From: a bacterium
Lineage (GTDB): Bacteria; Patescibacteriota; Andersenbacteria; UBA10190; CAIZMI01
Direction of reading: 5' to 3'
DNA length: 64,000 bases
Assembly: GCA_030647555.1 (NCBI GenBank)
Contig: JAUSJG010000008.1
Coordinates: 1,467 to 65,466, forward strand
A program made the translations under genes and the position numbers. The notes under the pieces were generated by a model. That model was not told where the DNA came from. It searched no databases and saw only the letters and a list, made by a program, of their open reading frames with translations. How positions within the stretch are numbered: the stretch's first letter is position 1; each line of letters starts with the position of its first letter. Below, in pieces: positions 40,576-50,772 of this stretch.

Positions 40576-41722
40576 GCTTCTGTTTTAACAAATCAGCATA
40601 AAGTTTTCGGAGCTTTGCCACACTTTGATCCCAGGCGAATTCCGTGTGGGCGCGTAAGCGTGCCGTTTCCGCCATTTCTTTTGCCACAATTCCGTTTGAA
40701 AGAATAGTAATTGTCTTTGAGGCTAAATCGGCAACATTTTCAGGCTCAAAAAGCAAGCCAGTTTTTTCGTTTCTTACGATGTAGGGGATGGCGCTGCCAT
40801 TTGTCGCCACAATAGGACAACCGGCCGCACCGGCTTCCAAAAGTACAATTCCAAATGCTTCGAAGCGACTAGGAAAAACAAAAGTACTGGCATTTTGATA
40901 TGCCCCGATGAGTTGGTCGCGGGTGGTTTTTCCTGTCCAGGTTATAAATTTTTCCAAACCAAGGGCCTTTGCTTGTTCTTCGCATTGTTTTCGAAAGCCA
41001 AAATCTTCGCCGATAATTACCAAATGCGTATCGGGAACTTGTTTCATAACTTGAGGTAAAGCGCTAATGAGAAGATCGACGCCCTTGGCCTTTGCGATGC
41101 GACCCGCAAAAAGTAAGATGTTTTTGGCGGTGACATTCCATGCTGGAAATGGATTATTTTTTTTTGTTGAAAACGTTTCGGCTTCAATTCCTGGCGGAAT
41201 TAATTCCACTCGGTCTAACATAAAGCCATCTTTTTTTAGCATTTCATGTTCGTAGGGAGAAATGACAACAACGGCGTCCGCCGCGGCGACGGTCGCTTTG
41301 CCATAAAGTATTCTGTAGAGTTGCCACTTCATTGAACGGCGATTGTCGGTGTTGTAGTAATAGGTGTTTAAAACGAAAGGGATGTTTCTTTTTTTGGCCA
41401 CGCGTGCGGCAATGTCCGCCGGTGCATACCAAAACGCATGGGCGTGTAAAATATCCATTTCCATTGTTTGTAAATCTTCTTTTAAGTTTATCGGAATGGG
41501 GTAACCGACAGAATCGAAAGTGTGCGCGTCGTGGCGGTGGATGTAAGGCGGATCAATTGGAGGTGGGTCCAGCAGGGTTGGTGGATGGTGCATTTTTAGA
41601 TTGGTGGTCTCAACCGAGACGTCTTCGCCTTCAGCGCGCAATCGTTCTACCAGTTCTTTCGTATAATCTTCAACACCGCCGGTGGCGGGAGGATAACGGA
41701 GGAGGGTGTGGACTATTTTCAT
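40568..41722 (-). CDS. GT4 glycosyltransferase
   Basis: AGRIAKAKG and EAFGIVLLEA motifs. Confidence 0.92.
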   Translation of the reverse strand: MKIVHTLLRYPPATGGVEDYTKELVERLRAEGEDVSVETTNLKMHHPPTLLDPPPIDPPYIHRHDAHTFDSVGYPIPINLKEDLQTMEMDILHAHAFWYAPADIAARVAKKRNIPFVLNTYYYNTDNRRSMKWQLYRILYGKATVAAADAVVVISPYEHEMLKKDGFMLDRVELIPPGIEAETFSTKKNNPFPAWNVTAKNILLFAGRIAKAKGVDLLISALPQVMKQVPDTHLVIIGEDFGFRKQCEEQAKALGLEKFITWTGKTTRDQLIGAYQNASTFVFPSRFEAFGIVLLEAGAAGCPIVATNGSAIPYIVRNEKTGLLFEPENVADLASKTITILSNGIVAKEMAETARLRAHTEFAWDQSVAKLRKLYADLLKQKHD

Positions 41723-42534
41723 TTTTGTTTTAGGAGTGCCAAGTATTTCCTGCACATTTTGTATTCATATTGTGCGCTGAATAAACACCAAAGCCAACCT
41801 TGCCAGCCGTCCAGGATACCGCGCTGACGAATAAATTTTCTGATGAGTTGCTTGAATGCGCGTTCGTGTAAAAAATATATTCTTGAAAACGGATTTGCCG
41901 GAGAAACAGAAACGGATTTGCCTGCACGGTCTTTGCCGATACCAAGCATCTGTTCCGCGTCGGCGCTGGAATATTTTTCTTGGCGCTCTTTGTAACCCGC
42001 AATTGTTTGATAGTGGCTGTGGTGGAGAATGAAATTATTTGATCTGCCTGAATCCGGAGCGCCAAATTGGATGCGCGTATTGTCGCTTTTGCGCACCACT
42101 TGTTCGTGCACCAAGCTGTCGTTCCAGCGCGCATGTTCACGACTGAATAATCTTAAATTATTGCCGGCCAAATGTTTTAGCGGACGGCCGAGAAAAACTG
42201 TGATAATTCTTAGCCAGTAGAAATTGAATTGTGGTGTTTCTAAAATAGCGCGCAGTTCGATGTTTAGCTCCGATGTTATTTCTTCATCCGCGTCAATTTG
42301 TAGAATAAAGTCGCAATTGGTTTTACTGACGGCAAAGTTTTTTTGCGGACCATAGCCAAGCCAATTTTGCTGAAAAACTTTATCGGTAAAACGCTTGGCG
42401 ATATTGACGGTATTGTCGGTGCTACCACTATCAACAACAATTATTTCTGTGGCTAAATTCTTAACACTGGCAAGAGCAGTTGCAAGAAATTTTTCTTCAT
42501 TTTTTACAATACAAATTACGGCCAGGGTTTTCAT
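41719..42534 (-). CDS. GT2 glycosyltransferase (KdtX/WaaE-like)
   Basis: VDSGSTD, WLGYGPQKN, IDADE, VHE and LDGWQG motifs. Confidence 0.9.
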   Translation of the reverse strand: MKTLAVICIVKNEEKFLATALASVKNLATEIIVVDSGSTDNTVNIAKRFTDKVFQQNWLGYGPQKNFAVSKTNCDFILQIDADEEITSELNIELRAILETPQFNFYWLRIITVFLGRPLKHLAGNNLRLFSREHARWNDSLVHEQVVRKSDNTRIQFGAPDSGRSNNFILHHSHYQTIAGYKERQEKYSSADAEQMLGIGKDRAGKSVSVSPANPFSRIYFLHERAFKQLIRKFIRQRGILDGWQGWLWCLFSAQYEYKMCRKYLALLKQK

Positions 42535-43238
42535 TTTGTTTGATATGTTGACGCAACCTCCGCGATTGTCGCAAAACGAACTGGAAGGTGGCGGATAAAG
42601 CGTAAGTGCGACTCGAGACTATGAAGTTGTACAGAATGAAGCTCGTTTGCTTGATTAACATGATGATAAGTTTCAATTAGCCATTTATTACCCCAATAAG
42701 CTTTTAGCGCCCAAAGATTCCATTTCAAAACTGAAAAATTATTTCTTGATGCATTAAAAGTGTTTAGAGCAAAAAAATCTTTTGGTGGTAAATTTTCCCA
42801 ACCACGTTTCGTTGTGCGGGCAGCAGAAAAATATTGGGAGGAAATTTCTTTCACGCGCTTGTCGAACGCGCCACCCGGATAAATCAGTGTAGTTGCATTA
42901 GTTTTTTCTTTGCTCTCCTTTAATTCTTTTTGAATTTGCTCATCGGAAAGGGAAGGGAGTGGTACGTGGCTTAGGCCGTGCGCCGCTAATTCGTGTCCCT
43001 TTTTGGCGCAATAATCTTTCCATGTGTCTAGTGATAAAACGGATGTATTTGGAGGCACAACAACTTTTTTTGCGTTCACGGGGACGGCAACTGTTGCCCT
43101 GAAGCCATATTTTTCAAAAAGCGGCAAAGCCTCCGACATAATTTCGGAATATCCATCATCGAAGACGAAAGAAATTATACCGCGAGGTTTTAACATGTGG
43201 TCATTTGTGAATGGTCTCGTTTTTGCGGAGTGTATCAA
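42531..43238 (-). CDS. Polysaccharide deacetylase
   Basis: FDDG, HELAAHGLSH and YPGG motifs; start uncertain. Confidence 0.85.
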   Translation of the reverse strand: MIHSAKTRPFTNDHMLKPRGIISFVFDDGYSEIMSEALPLFEKYGFRATVAVPVNAKKVVVPPNTSVLSLDTWKDYCAKKGHELAAHGLSHVPLPSLSDEQIQKELKESKEKTNATTLIYPGGAFDKRVKEISSQYFSAARTTKRGWENLPPKDFFALNTFNASRNNFSVLKWNLWALKAYWGNKWLIETYHHVNQANELHSVQLHSLESHLRFIRHLPVRFATIAEVASTYQTK

Positions 43239-43256
43239 CCAAGGAGTAATCTGTAG

Positions 43257-43438
43257 TTTGTATATAGTATATGGTATATAGTATATTAATTTTAGGGGCC
43301 TTCATTTTTCGTTGTGGTTAATTCAGACCGTGAATCTGGTCGTAAATTTATTTTTCACGCGCGCTACTAAATTCGATTTTAGAAGGTGGTAATTTGTAGT
43401 TAATAATTCCATATACTATATACCAAATACAATATACT
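43257..43438. repeat. Heptamer-armed cassette, family A, copy 4 (longer core)
   Basis: Same arms; abuts the stop codon of the epimerase gene. Confidence 0.88.
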
Positions 43439-43440
43439 AA

Positions 43441-44469
43441 TCAGAATCCAATCCGCTTAAACACTTCGATATTCTTATTGCACCAGTCGAAAAGTTTTGT
43501 GACCCCATCAACAGGTGTAACTTTTGGTTCCCATCCCAAGACATTTTTGGCTTTATCAATGTTGCTGATATAGACAGGTTGATCACCAGGGCGCCAGTCA
43601 CTGCTTTTAAGCGGAATTTCACGGCCGAGGAATTTTTCCAACATTGGAAATATTTCCTTGATAGCCAAAGCCTTATCTGGCCCACCGCCGATATTAAATA
43701 CTTGGCCACTTACTTTACCGATATTTTCTACGCCCAGTTCATAGGCGCGGGCAAGATCTTCGACATATAATACGTCGCGGACTTGTTTGCCATCGCCATA
43801 AATGGTGATATTTTTTTGAAGCAAAGCGGCAATGGTAAACCACGCGATCCAACCCTGATCTTCCACGCCATATTGACGTGGGCCATAAATGCAGGATTGA
43901 CGGAAAACAATCGTTCGTAATCCGTAGATGCGGGCATAGTCGCGAACATACTGATCGGCCGTGCCTTTGGAACAACCGTATGGTGAGTGGAAATCTAATA
44001 GGCGGTCTTCGCGGATTCCTTCCGGCAAGTCGCGATATTTATAGCGCGTGCCATCATCAATAACCACAATATCTTCCATGCCACCGTAAACTTTATTGGT
44101 AGAGGCGTAAATTAATACCGGATTGGCCTTTGTGGTGCGGATTGCTTCCAGTAGATTCAGTGTGCCGACGACATTGATTTCAAAATCCTCGCGCGGATTG
44201 GCGACCGAAGTGGTGACGGCAACTTGTGCCGCCAAGTGAAAAACCGCGTCGTGTTTTTGCACTTCTTCCTCCAAAATTTTATTATCGGTGCGCATATCGG
44301 CTTTAATAAAACGAATTGCCGGATGTGTCTGTTGTAGCCACTTTAAATTTTCATCGGTCCCACGACGCGATAGATTATCCAGAACGGTTACTTCCCAGCC
44401 TTTCTTGGAAAAATAATCGGCAAAATTGGTGCCGATAAATCCGCACCCGCCGGTGATGAGTAGCTTCAT
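43441..44469 (-). CDS. rfbE: CDP-paratose 2-epimerase (tyvelose epimerase)-like SDR
   Basis: GGCGFIG, QVAVTTS, STNKVYG, SPYGCSKG and EDQGW motifs. Confidence 0.85.
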   Translation of the reverse strand: MKLLITGGCGFIGTNFADYFSKKGWEVTVLDNLSRRGTDENLKWLQQTHPAIRFIKADMRTDNKILEEEVQKHDAVFHLAAQVAVTTSVANPREDFEINVVGTLNLLEAIRTTKANPVLIYASTNKVYGGMEDIVVIDDGTRYKYRDLPEGIREDRLLDFHSPYGCSKGTADQYVRDYARIYGLRTIVFRQSCIYGPRQYGVEDQGWIAWFTIAALLQKNITIYGDGKQVRDVLYVEDLARAYELGVENIGKVSGQVFNIGGGPDKALAIKEIFPMLEKFLGREIPLKSSDWRPGDQPVYISNIDKAKNVLGWEPKVTPVDGVTKLFDWCNKNIEVFKRIGF

Positions 44470-45269
44470 TTCTTTTTGGCGACGTAGAAGATTCCGGTGG
44501 CAATCATCCAAGGAGAAAGAGAATTCATTATTTTTTTAATCAAGACACCAAACCAGTTCAGGCGGTACGGTTCTTTACCGCGCAATATCGGCCAATCCAC
44601 CCATAGTCCATAATGACTGGACGGTTCCGGTAGGTCGTGTGGATCGATTTCCATTACTTCAAAGCCCATTCCTTCTAATAAGACGCGAATATCGCCCTTA
44701 CGAAAAACATGACTGGTAAATACCGCTTTTTGGCTCATGAGTTTGGCCCGAACAAAGTATTCCAGACTCTTCATTGGAAAATAGGTGTAACGACGGAGCG
44801 GGTTGCCATAAGGAACTTCCAGAAAAAGATAACCACCTGTTTTCAAAATTCTTTTTGCCTCTTCCGCAACCTGTTTTGTCTTGTCTTCCGCATATTCCCA
44901 AACCCCGATCGCCATGTAGCCGTCAAAAGAATTGTCCGCAAAGGGGAGGTGTAATACATCAGCGGTTTGTACCGGTAAATCAGGATATGCTTGTTTGGCT
45001 AAGGCGATGGCCTTTTTGGAATTATCCACGCCTTCCACGTCAAAACCGCGTGCCCGCATAAAAGCAATCCAGGCCGCGAGGCCACAACCGGCATCCAAAT
45101 AATGTTTCCCCTTTTCTAAGTACTTTGTGACCAATGGGTAGAAGAGTTGTTTGCGGTACTCTTCCGGGTCGTCTTTCTGTAATCCATCCGCCTCATATTC
45201 GCGGTCCCAGTTTTCGGTTGGCTGCACTCCGTCTTGATAAAACTTGCGTAATTTATAGTAGCTGTACAT
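44466..45269 (-). CDS. Class I SAM methyltransferase
   Basis: LDAGCG motif; paralog of 48788-49579. Confidence 0.88.
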   Translation of the reverse strand: MYSYYKLRKFYQDGVQPTENWDREYEADGLQKDDPEEYRKQLFYPLVTKYLEKGKHYLDAGCGLAAWIAFMRARGFDVEGVDNSKKAIALAKQAYPDLPVQTADVLHLPFADNSFDGYMAIGVWEYAEDKTKQVAEEAKRILKTGGYLFLEVPYGNPLRRYTYFPMKSLEYFVRAKLMSQKAVFTSHVFRKGDIRVLLEGMGFEVMEIDPHDLPEPSSHYGLWVDWPILRGKEPYRLNWFGVLIKKIMNSLSPWMIATGIFYVAKKK

Positions 45270-45381
45270 AAGTGATGATAATAGGATACAGGTAAAACAC
45301 CTCGTTCGACAAGGCTTTTTTACTTTAGGGACTGTCCCTAAAGTAGCGCATACTGCATACAAAATACTGTATACTGCATAC

Positions 45382-46530
45382 ATGACTAAAATTGCCTATA
45401 TTACAAACGCGCCGCCACAAGCAGGGATGGGGAAACCGGCACGAGAGATTTATAGCAGAATTAACCCCCCCCTTAGTCCCCCCTTGAATAATGGGGGATA
45501 CGTGGCGGATTTCTTTTATCTCGATGCCAGTAAAAGAGAACTATTAAAAAATGATGTAAAAATCGCGGAAGTGAGCAATCTGCCAAAACCTTTACAGTTG
45601 AAACCGATTCAGTGGTGGCGTCTGGCGCGTCAATTACCCACAGAAGGTTATGACCTTTGGCACATTACAAATCAGACGTTGTCGTTTATTCCACGGCAAG
45701 ATTTTCTATTGACTGTTTATGATTTGATTGAACTATTGGAACCGCAAGAAAAATTTGGGAAATACGTTGCGCAATATCTATACAAAGGAATTCCTAAGGC
45801 GAAACACATTATTTGTATCTCGGAATATACCAAAAAGATGTTACAGCAAGCCTACGCCGTACCTGATGAAAAAATCACCATTATCCCGTTGGGGGTTGGG
45901 GAACATTTCAAACCAATCGAAGGGGTACGAGAAAGTATCGCCTATCATGAACTGCTGGCGCAAAATAATTTACCGAAAGACGCGAAAATCATTTTGTATG
46001 TCGGGTCGGATCATCCGCGTAAAAACTTGAATTTGCTGGCCGGGGTTTTGACGAAAGTTAAAGCGCGGGTGCCAAACGCGTATTTGGTGAAAGTGGGTGA
46101 CCCTGGTCTAATGGCGGGTCGTATCGATTTTCAAGATAAATTAGCCGAACTGGGGCTAACTGATGCTGTGCGCTTCATTAGCAATGTCGGTGATGAAAAA
46201 TTACGTTTATTGTATGCATCAGCGGATGTCTTCGTTTTTCCGTCTTTCTATGAAGGTTTTGGGATCCCACCATTAGAAGCGATGGCGTGCGGAACGCCGG
46301 TTGTTTGCTCCAATGCCACTAGTTTGCCGGAAGTAGTTGGGGACGCGGGGTTGTTGCATGATCCGACGGACGTTGAGGGTTTTGCCACGTCAATTACTAG
46401 GATTTTAACGGACACGAATTATTCTGCGGAGTTGAGTCGCAAAGGATTGGAAAGAAGCAAGATGTTTTCGTGGGAGGGGATTGCGCAAAAGACGGCGGAA
46501 GTGTATCGGAGAATGACGGCGAGTATTTAG
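45382..46530 (+). CDS. GT4 glycosyltransferase
   Basis: VGSDHPRKN and [14 protein letters not shown] motifs. Confidence 0.92.
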   Translation: MTKIAYITNAPPQAGMGKPAREIYSRINPPLSPPLNNGGYVADFFYLDASKRELLKNDVKIAEVSNLPKPLQLKPIQWWRLARQLPTEGYDLWHITNQTLSFIPRQDFLLTVYDLIELLEPQEKFGKYVAQYLYKGIPKAKHIICISEYTKKMLQQAYAVPDEKITIIPLGVGEHFKPIEGVRESIAYHELLAQNNLPKDAKIILYVGSDHPRKNLNLLAGVLTKVKARVPNAYLVKVGDPGLMAGRIDFQDKLAELGLTDAVRFISNVGDEKLRLLYASADVFVFPSFYEGFGIPPLEAMACGTPVVCSNATSLPEVVGDAGLLHDPTDVEGFATSITRILTDTNYSAELSRKGLERSKMFSWEGIAQKTAEVYRRMTASI

Positions 46531-46667
46531 TATTTTGTATATAGTATATGGATTTATCAATAACAAACGTCGAGTGTTGTGTAGATGATATATATAGTTA
46601 AGGTTAAAAACAATTTACGAATGTTGTTGCTACTTCCATATACTATATACCAAATACAATATACAAA
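46523..46667. repeat. Heptamer-armed cassette, family A, copy 5
   Basis: Left arm overlaps the TAG stop of the GT4 gene; core begins ATGGATTTATCAATAACAAAC. Confidence 0.9.
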
Positions 46668-46671
46668 AATC

Positions 46672-46700
46672 TTGACGATAACGATGTAATATAATATGAT
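46672..46700 (+). promoter_or_regulatory. sigma70-like promoter of neuB
   Basis: TTGACG-17-TATGAT, 8 nt before the ATG, so the mRNA is probably near-leaderless. Confidence 0.65.
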
Positions 46701-46708
46701 TAAACACG

Positions 46709-48589
46709 ATGAGTGAAAGAAAGTTATCGATTGGAGATCGTGTCATCGGTTCGGGCGAGCCCTGTTTTATCATCGCCGAAGCTGGTGTGAATCATAATGG
46801 TAGTTTGGCGCGTGCCAAACAATTGATTGACGCGGCGAAGGCTTCCGGTGCGGACGCGGTGAAATTTCAAAAACGCGACCTGGAAGAAATTTATCAGAAA
46901 AAGGTGTTAGACAATCCAAACGATTCCGAGCAAAAATATCAATTTTTGATTCCTATGCTAAAGGAATTTGAGTTGAGCGATGATCAATTTAAGGAACTGG
47001 AAAAATATGCCAAAGAAATTGGTATTATGTTTTTGGTTAATCCTTGGGACATCAAGAGCGCGGATAAGTTAGAAGAATTGTTTGATATTCCGTTTTATAA
47101 AATAGGGTCACCGGATTTAACTAATTCGGAATTGCTGTCGCACGTGGCGAATTTTGGTAAACCGATGGTTTTGTCGACTGGAATGAGTACGACCGATGAA
47201 ATTAAGGAAACGGTAAAACTATTGGAAGAAAAGAAAGTGAATTTCGCGTTACTGCATTGTAATAGTACGTATCCGGCACCGTTCGATAAAATAAATTTGA
47301 AGTTTATGGAAAAGCTGCGTGAATTTGGAGTGCCGGTTGGTTATTCCGGGCACGAGCGTGGCATTACAGTGGCGATGGGCGCAGTGGCGATGGGGGCGTC
47401 AATTATTGAGCGTCATCTTACTACCGATAAAACGTTGGAAGGAACGGATCATAAGGCCAGCTTGTTGCCGGAAGAATTTAAGCAAATGGTGCAAGGAATT
47501 CGTGAAGTTGAAATGTCGCTGGGCAAAGCGGAACGCGTTTTGTCACAAGGCGAGATGATGAACCGCGAGATTCTTGGAAAAAGTATTATCGTCGGAAAAT
47601 TTATTCCCGATGGCACTGTGATTACTCGTGAGATGTTGGAAATAAAAAGTCCGGCCAAAGGTTTATCACCACAGCGCCTAAAAGATGTTGTGGGTATTGT
47701 CGCCCAGCGCGATATTTTTGCCGGTGAATTTATTACGGAAGATGATTTGAAAGACGATAATTTGATGCGTGATTTTAAGAGTACGGATATTAAATGGCGC
47801 TGGGGCATTGTCGTGCGGTTTCATGATTTCCAAAAATACTTGCCATACGAGCCAAAATTGTTTGAATTTCATTTGAGTGACAAGGATTTGGAGATGAACT
47901 TGCCTGAAGGTAATTTCAAACAAGAGCTAGTTGTTCACGCGCCGGAGTATAGCTATCGTACTTACTTAAATTTGGTTTCCGTTAACAAAGAAGAACGGGA
48001 ACTGGCACTGAAGAATTTGCAAAAGAGTCTGGATTTAACGAAAAAACTGGCGGAAAAATTCACAGGTAAACCCAAATTTGTGTTTCACTCCGGTGGTGTT
48101 ACTTTGGCGCCATATGAAAAACCGCAAGAATTGGTGCAAATCCTTATCGATATGATAGGCCGATTAAAAGGAGATGGAGTGGAAATTCTGCCGGAAAATT
48201 TACCGGCGCGGAATTGGATCTTTGGTGGTGAATATGTAACGAATATATTTATGTTTGCCGATGAAATCAAAAAGATTTTGGATCAAACCGGTCTCAAGAT
48301 GTGCTTTGATACCTCGCATTCAATGTTGGCTTGTAACATGCATAATATTGATATTTACGAAGAAATTAAAAAGTTGCGACCATATATTAGTCACATGCAT
48401 ATTTCAGACGGCGCGGGCGTAGGAGAAGAGGGTCTTCAGGTTGGTAAGGGAGAAATTGATTGGGCGAAATTGATGGGTGTGATGGATGGCTATCAAAATA
48501 CAATGGTGCCCGAAATTTGGCAGGGTCATTTACACAATGGACGTGGATTCTTTCAGGCACTAACACACTTGAAGGGATATATGCGATGA
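46709..48589 (+). CDS. neuB: NeuB-family nonulosonic acid synthase fused to SAF and xylose-isomerase-like TIM barrel domains
   Basis: IAEAGVNHNG, KFQKR, HCNSTYP, GYSGHE and ERH; C-terminal ENLP, CFDTSH, HISDG and PEIWQGH. Confidence 0.9.
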   Translation: MSERKLSIGDRVIGSGEPCFIIAEAGVNHNGSLARAKQLIDAAKASGADAVKFQKRDLEEIYQKKVLDNPNDSEQKYQFLIPMLKEFELSDDQFKELEKYAKEIGIMFLVNPWDIKSADKLEELFDIPFYKIGSPDLTNSELLSHVANFGKPMVLSTGMSTTDEIKETVKLLEEKKVNFALLHCNSTYPAPFDKINLKFMEKLREFGVPVGYSGHERGITVAMGAVAMGASIIERHLTTDKTLEGTDHKASLLPEEFKQMVQGIREVEMSLGKAERVLSQGEMMNREILGKSIIVGKFIPDGTVITREMLEIKSPAKGLSPQRLKDVVGIVAQRDIFAGEFITEDDLKDDNLMRDFKSTDIKWRWGIVVRFHDFQKYLPYEPKLFEFHLSDKDLEMNLPEGNFKQELVVHAPEYSYRTYLNLVSVNKEERELALKNLQKSLDLTKKLAEKFTGKPKFVFHSGGVTLAPYEKPQELVQILIDMIGRLKGDGVEILPENLPARNWIFGGEYVTNIFMFADEIKKILDQTGLKMCFDTSHSMLACNMHNIDIYEEIKKLRPYISHMHISDGAGVGEEGLQVGKGEIDWAKLMGVMDGYQNTMVPEIWQGHLHNGRGFFQALTHLKGYMR

Positions 48590-48644
48590 TTAAGACGTAT
48601 GTCTTTGCGAGGGGTATCAACCCCGAAGCAATCTCTAGAAATTC

Positions 48645-48784
48645 TTTGTATATAGTATTTGGTATATTGTATATGGAATTATTTTGTGAGATTGGCTTTC
48701 TACTGTTTCGGGAATATAAAACACTAGTGTCGCCTTACGTGGTTAAAGTTTGATAAATCAATATACTAAATACTATATACTAAA
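48645..48784. repeat. Heptamer-armed cassette, family A, copy 6
   Basis: Same arms, opposite polarity; ends 3 nt before the ATG at 48788. Confidence 0.9.
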
Positions 48785-48787
48785 ACT

Positions 48788-49579
48788 ATGTACGCACTTG
48801 AAAAGTTCTATCCCAAAGGTTTTGACCCGGCACGTTACTGGGAGGATCGCTATGCGCAAGAACATGCGGCGGGAAAAAGTAGTGAAGAATACGCCAAACA
48901 AGAATTTTGGCCACTAATGGAAAAATATCTTTCTAAAGAAAAACTCTACTTGGATGCCGGCTGTGGAATTGGTGGCTGGATAATTTTCCTCAAAGAACAG
49001 GGCTACAACGTAGAGGGTATTGATATTGCAGCACGTACGCTTCGGGCGCTTATGGAATATGATCCTGATTTAAAACTTAAAATGGCGACGATGACTGGGA
49101 TTCCGTACACCGATAGTTCGCTGGATGGGCTACTGTCTATCGGAACATTGGAATATGTGAAAGACAAAGTCCCGGTTGCTTTAAAAGAAGTGAGTCGTGT
49201 CCTAAAGAAAGATGCTGTATTTTTTATGGAAGTGCCGATTGCAAATATATTGAGAAAAATAATTTATATTCCACTCAAAAAAATAGAGCGAATGATCAAG
49301 ATGTGGCAGGGGCTGACGCCAACGTTTAGTAATTATCTTTTTGATAAGGAAAACTTTCTTAATCTGCTCAGCGAAAATGGTTTTGAAGTATTAGAAGTAA
49401 AACCACATGAATTGCCAGACAGAGATAGTCATTATTGTTTGTATGTGGATTATCCTTTTCTGCGAGGTAAAGAGCCGTATAAATTGAATGTTCTAGGTAA
49501 GTTAATGAAAAAAGTAGCAAATGCCATCTCGCCATGGATCGCGTCGACTGGTATGGTGGTAGTGGCAAAAAAACTTTAG
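48788..49579 (+). CDS. Class I SAM methyltransferase
   Basis: LDAGCG motif; paralog of 44466-45269 (shared PFLRGKEPY.LN). Confidence 0.88.
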   Translation: MYALEKFYPKGFDPARYWEDRYAQEHAAGKSSEEYAKQEFWPLMEKYLSKEKLYLDAGCGIGGWIIFLKEQGYNVEGIDIAARTLRALMEYDPDLKLKMATMTGIPYTDSSLDGLLSIGTLEYVKDKVPVALKEVSRVLKKDAVFFMEVPIANILRKIIYIPLKKIERMIKMWQGLTPTFSNYLFDKENFLNLLSENGFEVLEVKPHELPDRDSHYCLYVDYPFLRGKEPYKLNVLGKLMKKVANAISPWIASTGMVVVAKKL

Positions 49580-49623
49580 GGTGTATCTTTAAAGTATCAA
49601 CTTTAAGGATACACCCTAAAGTT
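49572..49623. repeat. REP-like palindrome overlapping a stop codon
   Basis: AACTTTAGGGTGTATCTTTAAAGT / ACTTTAAGGATACACCCTAAAGTT; a shorter relative lies at 45321-45345. Confidence 0.8.
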
Positions 49624-49657
49624 CCAGATCCTCATCCATTATTCATAAATCACTATC

Positions 49658-50464
49658 ATGAACGATTTTGAAAAATTCGCGCTTAAGGGGAAAACGGTAT
49701 TAATTACAGGCGGAGCCGGTTTTTTGGGAAAAATATTTGGCAAGGCCGTTGCTCACGCTGGTGGCAATGTGGTTTTGGCCGGTTTAATATTGGAAGATGC
49801 TGAAAAGGCGGCGCAAGCGATAGCGACTGAAACCGGTGGGCAAGCGATGGGCGTAATGATGGATGTGACCAGTAAGGCGGGAATTACAGCAGCCATTGAG
49901 GCAGTAACCGCCAAATTTGGGAGCTTAGATGTGGTGGTAAATAATGCCGGGCTGGATCCCAAATTTGATGCCTTGTCCCTCTCAAATGAAACGATGTTCG
50001 AAAATTATCCGGAAGAGTTTATCCGGAAGAGTCTGGAAGTAAACTTGCTTGGCGCAACATTGGTGGCACAAGCTTCTGTCAAATACATGATGGGTCAAGG
50101 AAGTGGAAACATTATTAATATTTCCTCGCTCTATGGTATCAACGGCCCGGATCAAAAAATCTATCCGGAAGGAAAACAAAAGCCAGTTGATTATTCAATT
50201 TCAAAAGGTGGGTTAGTGATGCTGACAAAATGGCTGGCTACAACCTATGCAATAAAGGGTATTCGCACGAATACGTTAACCTTGGGTGGAGTATTTCGTG
50301 ATAATACCGAAGACTTTATGAAAAAATATGGAGCCAAAGTACCAAACGGAAAAATGGTAGGTCAAGACGAGGTTGGTGCGCCACTGGTTTTCTTGGCGTC
50401 GGATGCGTCTACTGGTGTGAACGGGTGTAATCTGATCGTAGACCACGGTTTCTCGGCGTACTAA
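49658..50464 (+). CDS. SDR oxidoreductase (PtmA-like)
   Basis: TGGAGFLG, NNAG, ISSLYG and YSISK motifs. Confidence 0.88.
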   Translation: MNDFEKFALKGKTVLITGGAGFLGKIFGKAVAHAGGNVVLAGLILEDAEKAAQAIATETGGQAMGVMMDVTSKAGITAAIEAVTAKFGSLDVVVNNAGLDPKFDALSLSNETMFENYPEEFIRKSLEVNLLGATLVAQASVKYMMGQGSGNIINISSLYGINGPDQKIYPEGKQKPVDYSISKGGLVMLTKWLATTYAIKGIRTNTLTLGGVFRDNTEDFMKKYGAKVPNGKMVGQDEVGAPLVFLASDASTGVNGCNLIVDHGFSAY

Positions 50465-50621
50465 TAATAGTCGTCGTGTACGTTCAATTCCAGCCGTCGC
50501 TAAAGCTATGGCCGGCGGGCATGAATTGCCCAAAATAAATACGACTGACTTAAATAAAAAAATGAGCTTTATTTTGAAGCTCATTTTTGGAAGTTTTGTT
50601 TGCGAAAACGGATTAACCGCG

Positions 50622-50665
50622 ACCGTTCACGGAACGGAGCAACCCTGCTCCGTTCCGTGAACGGT
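50622..50665. repeat. Palindrome family CACGGAACGGAGCA
   Basis: Perfect 20-bp arms; second copy at 56928-56969. Confidence 0.85.
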
Positions 50666-50772
50666 GCAGAGTTCCGACGTCCCGCCCTTTAGGGCGAGGC
50701 TCGCCCCGATGGGCGGCCGATTCCCGATTTCCCGCCCTTCAGGGCGAGGCTCGCCCCGATGGGCGGCTGACC

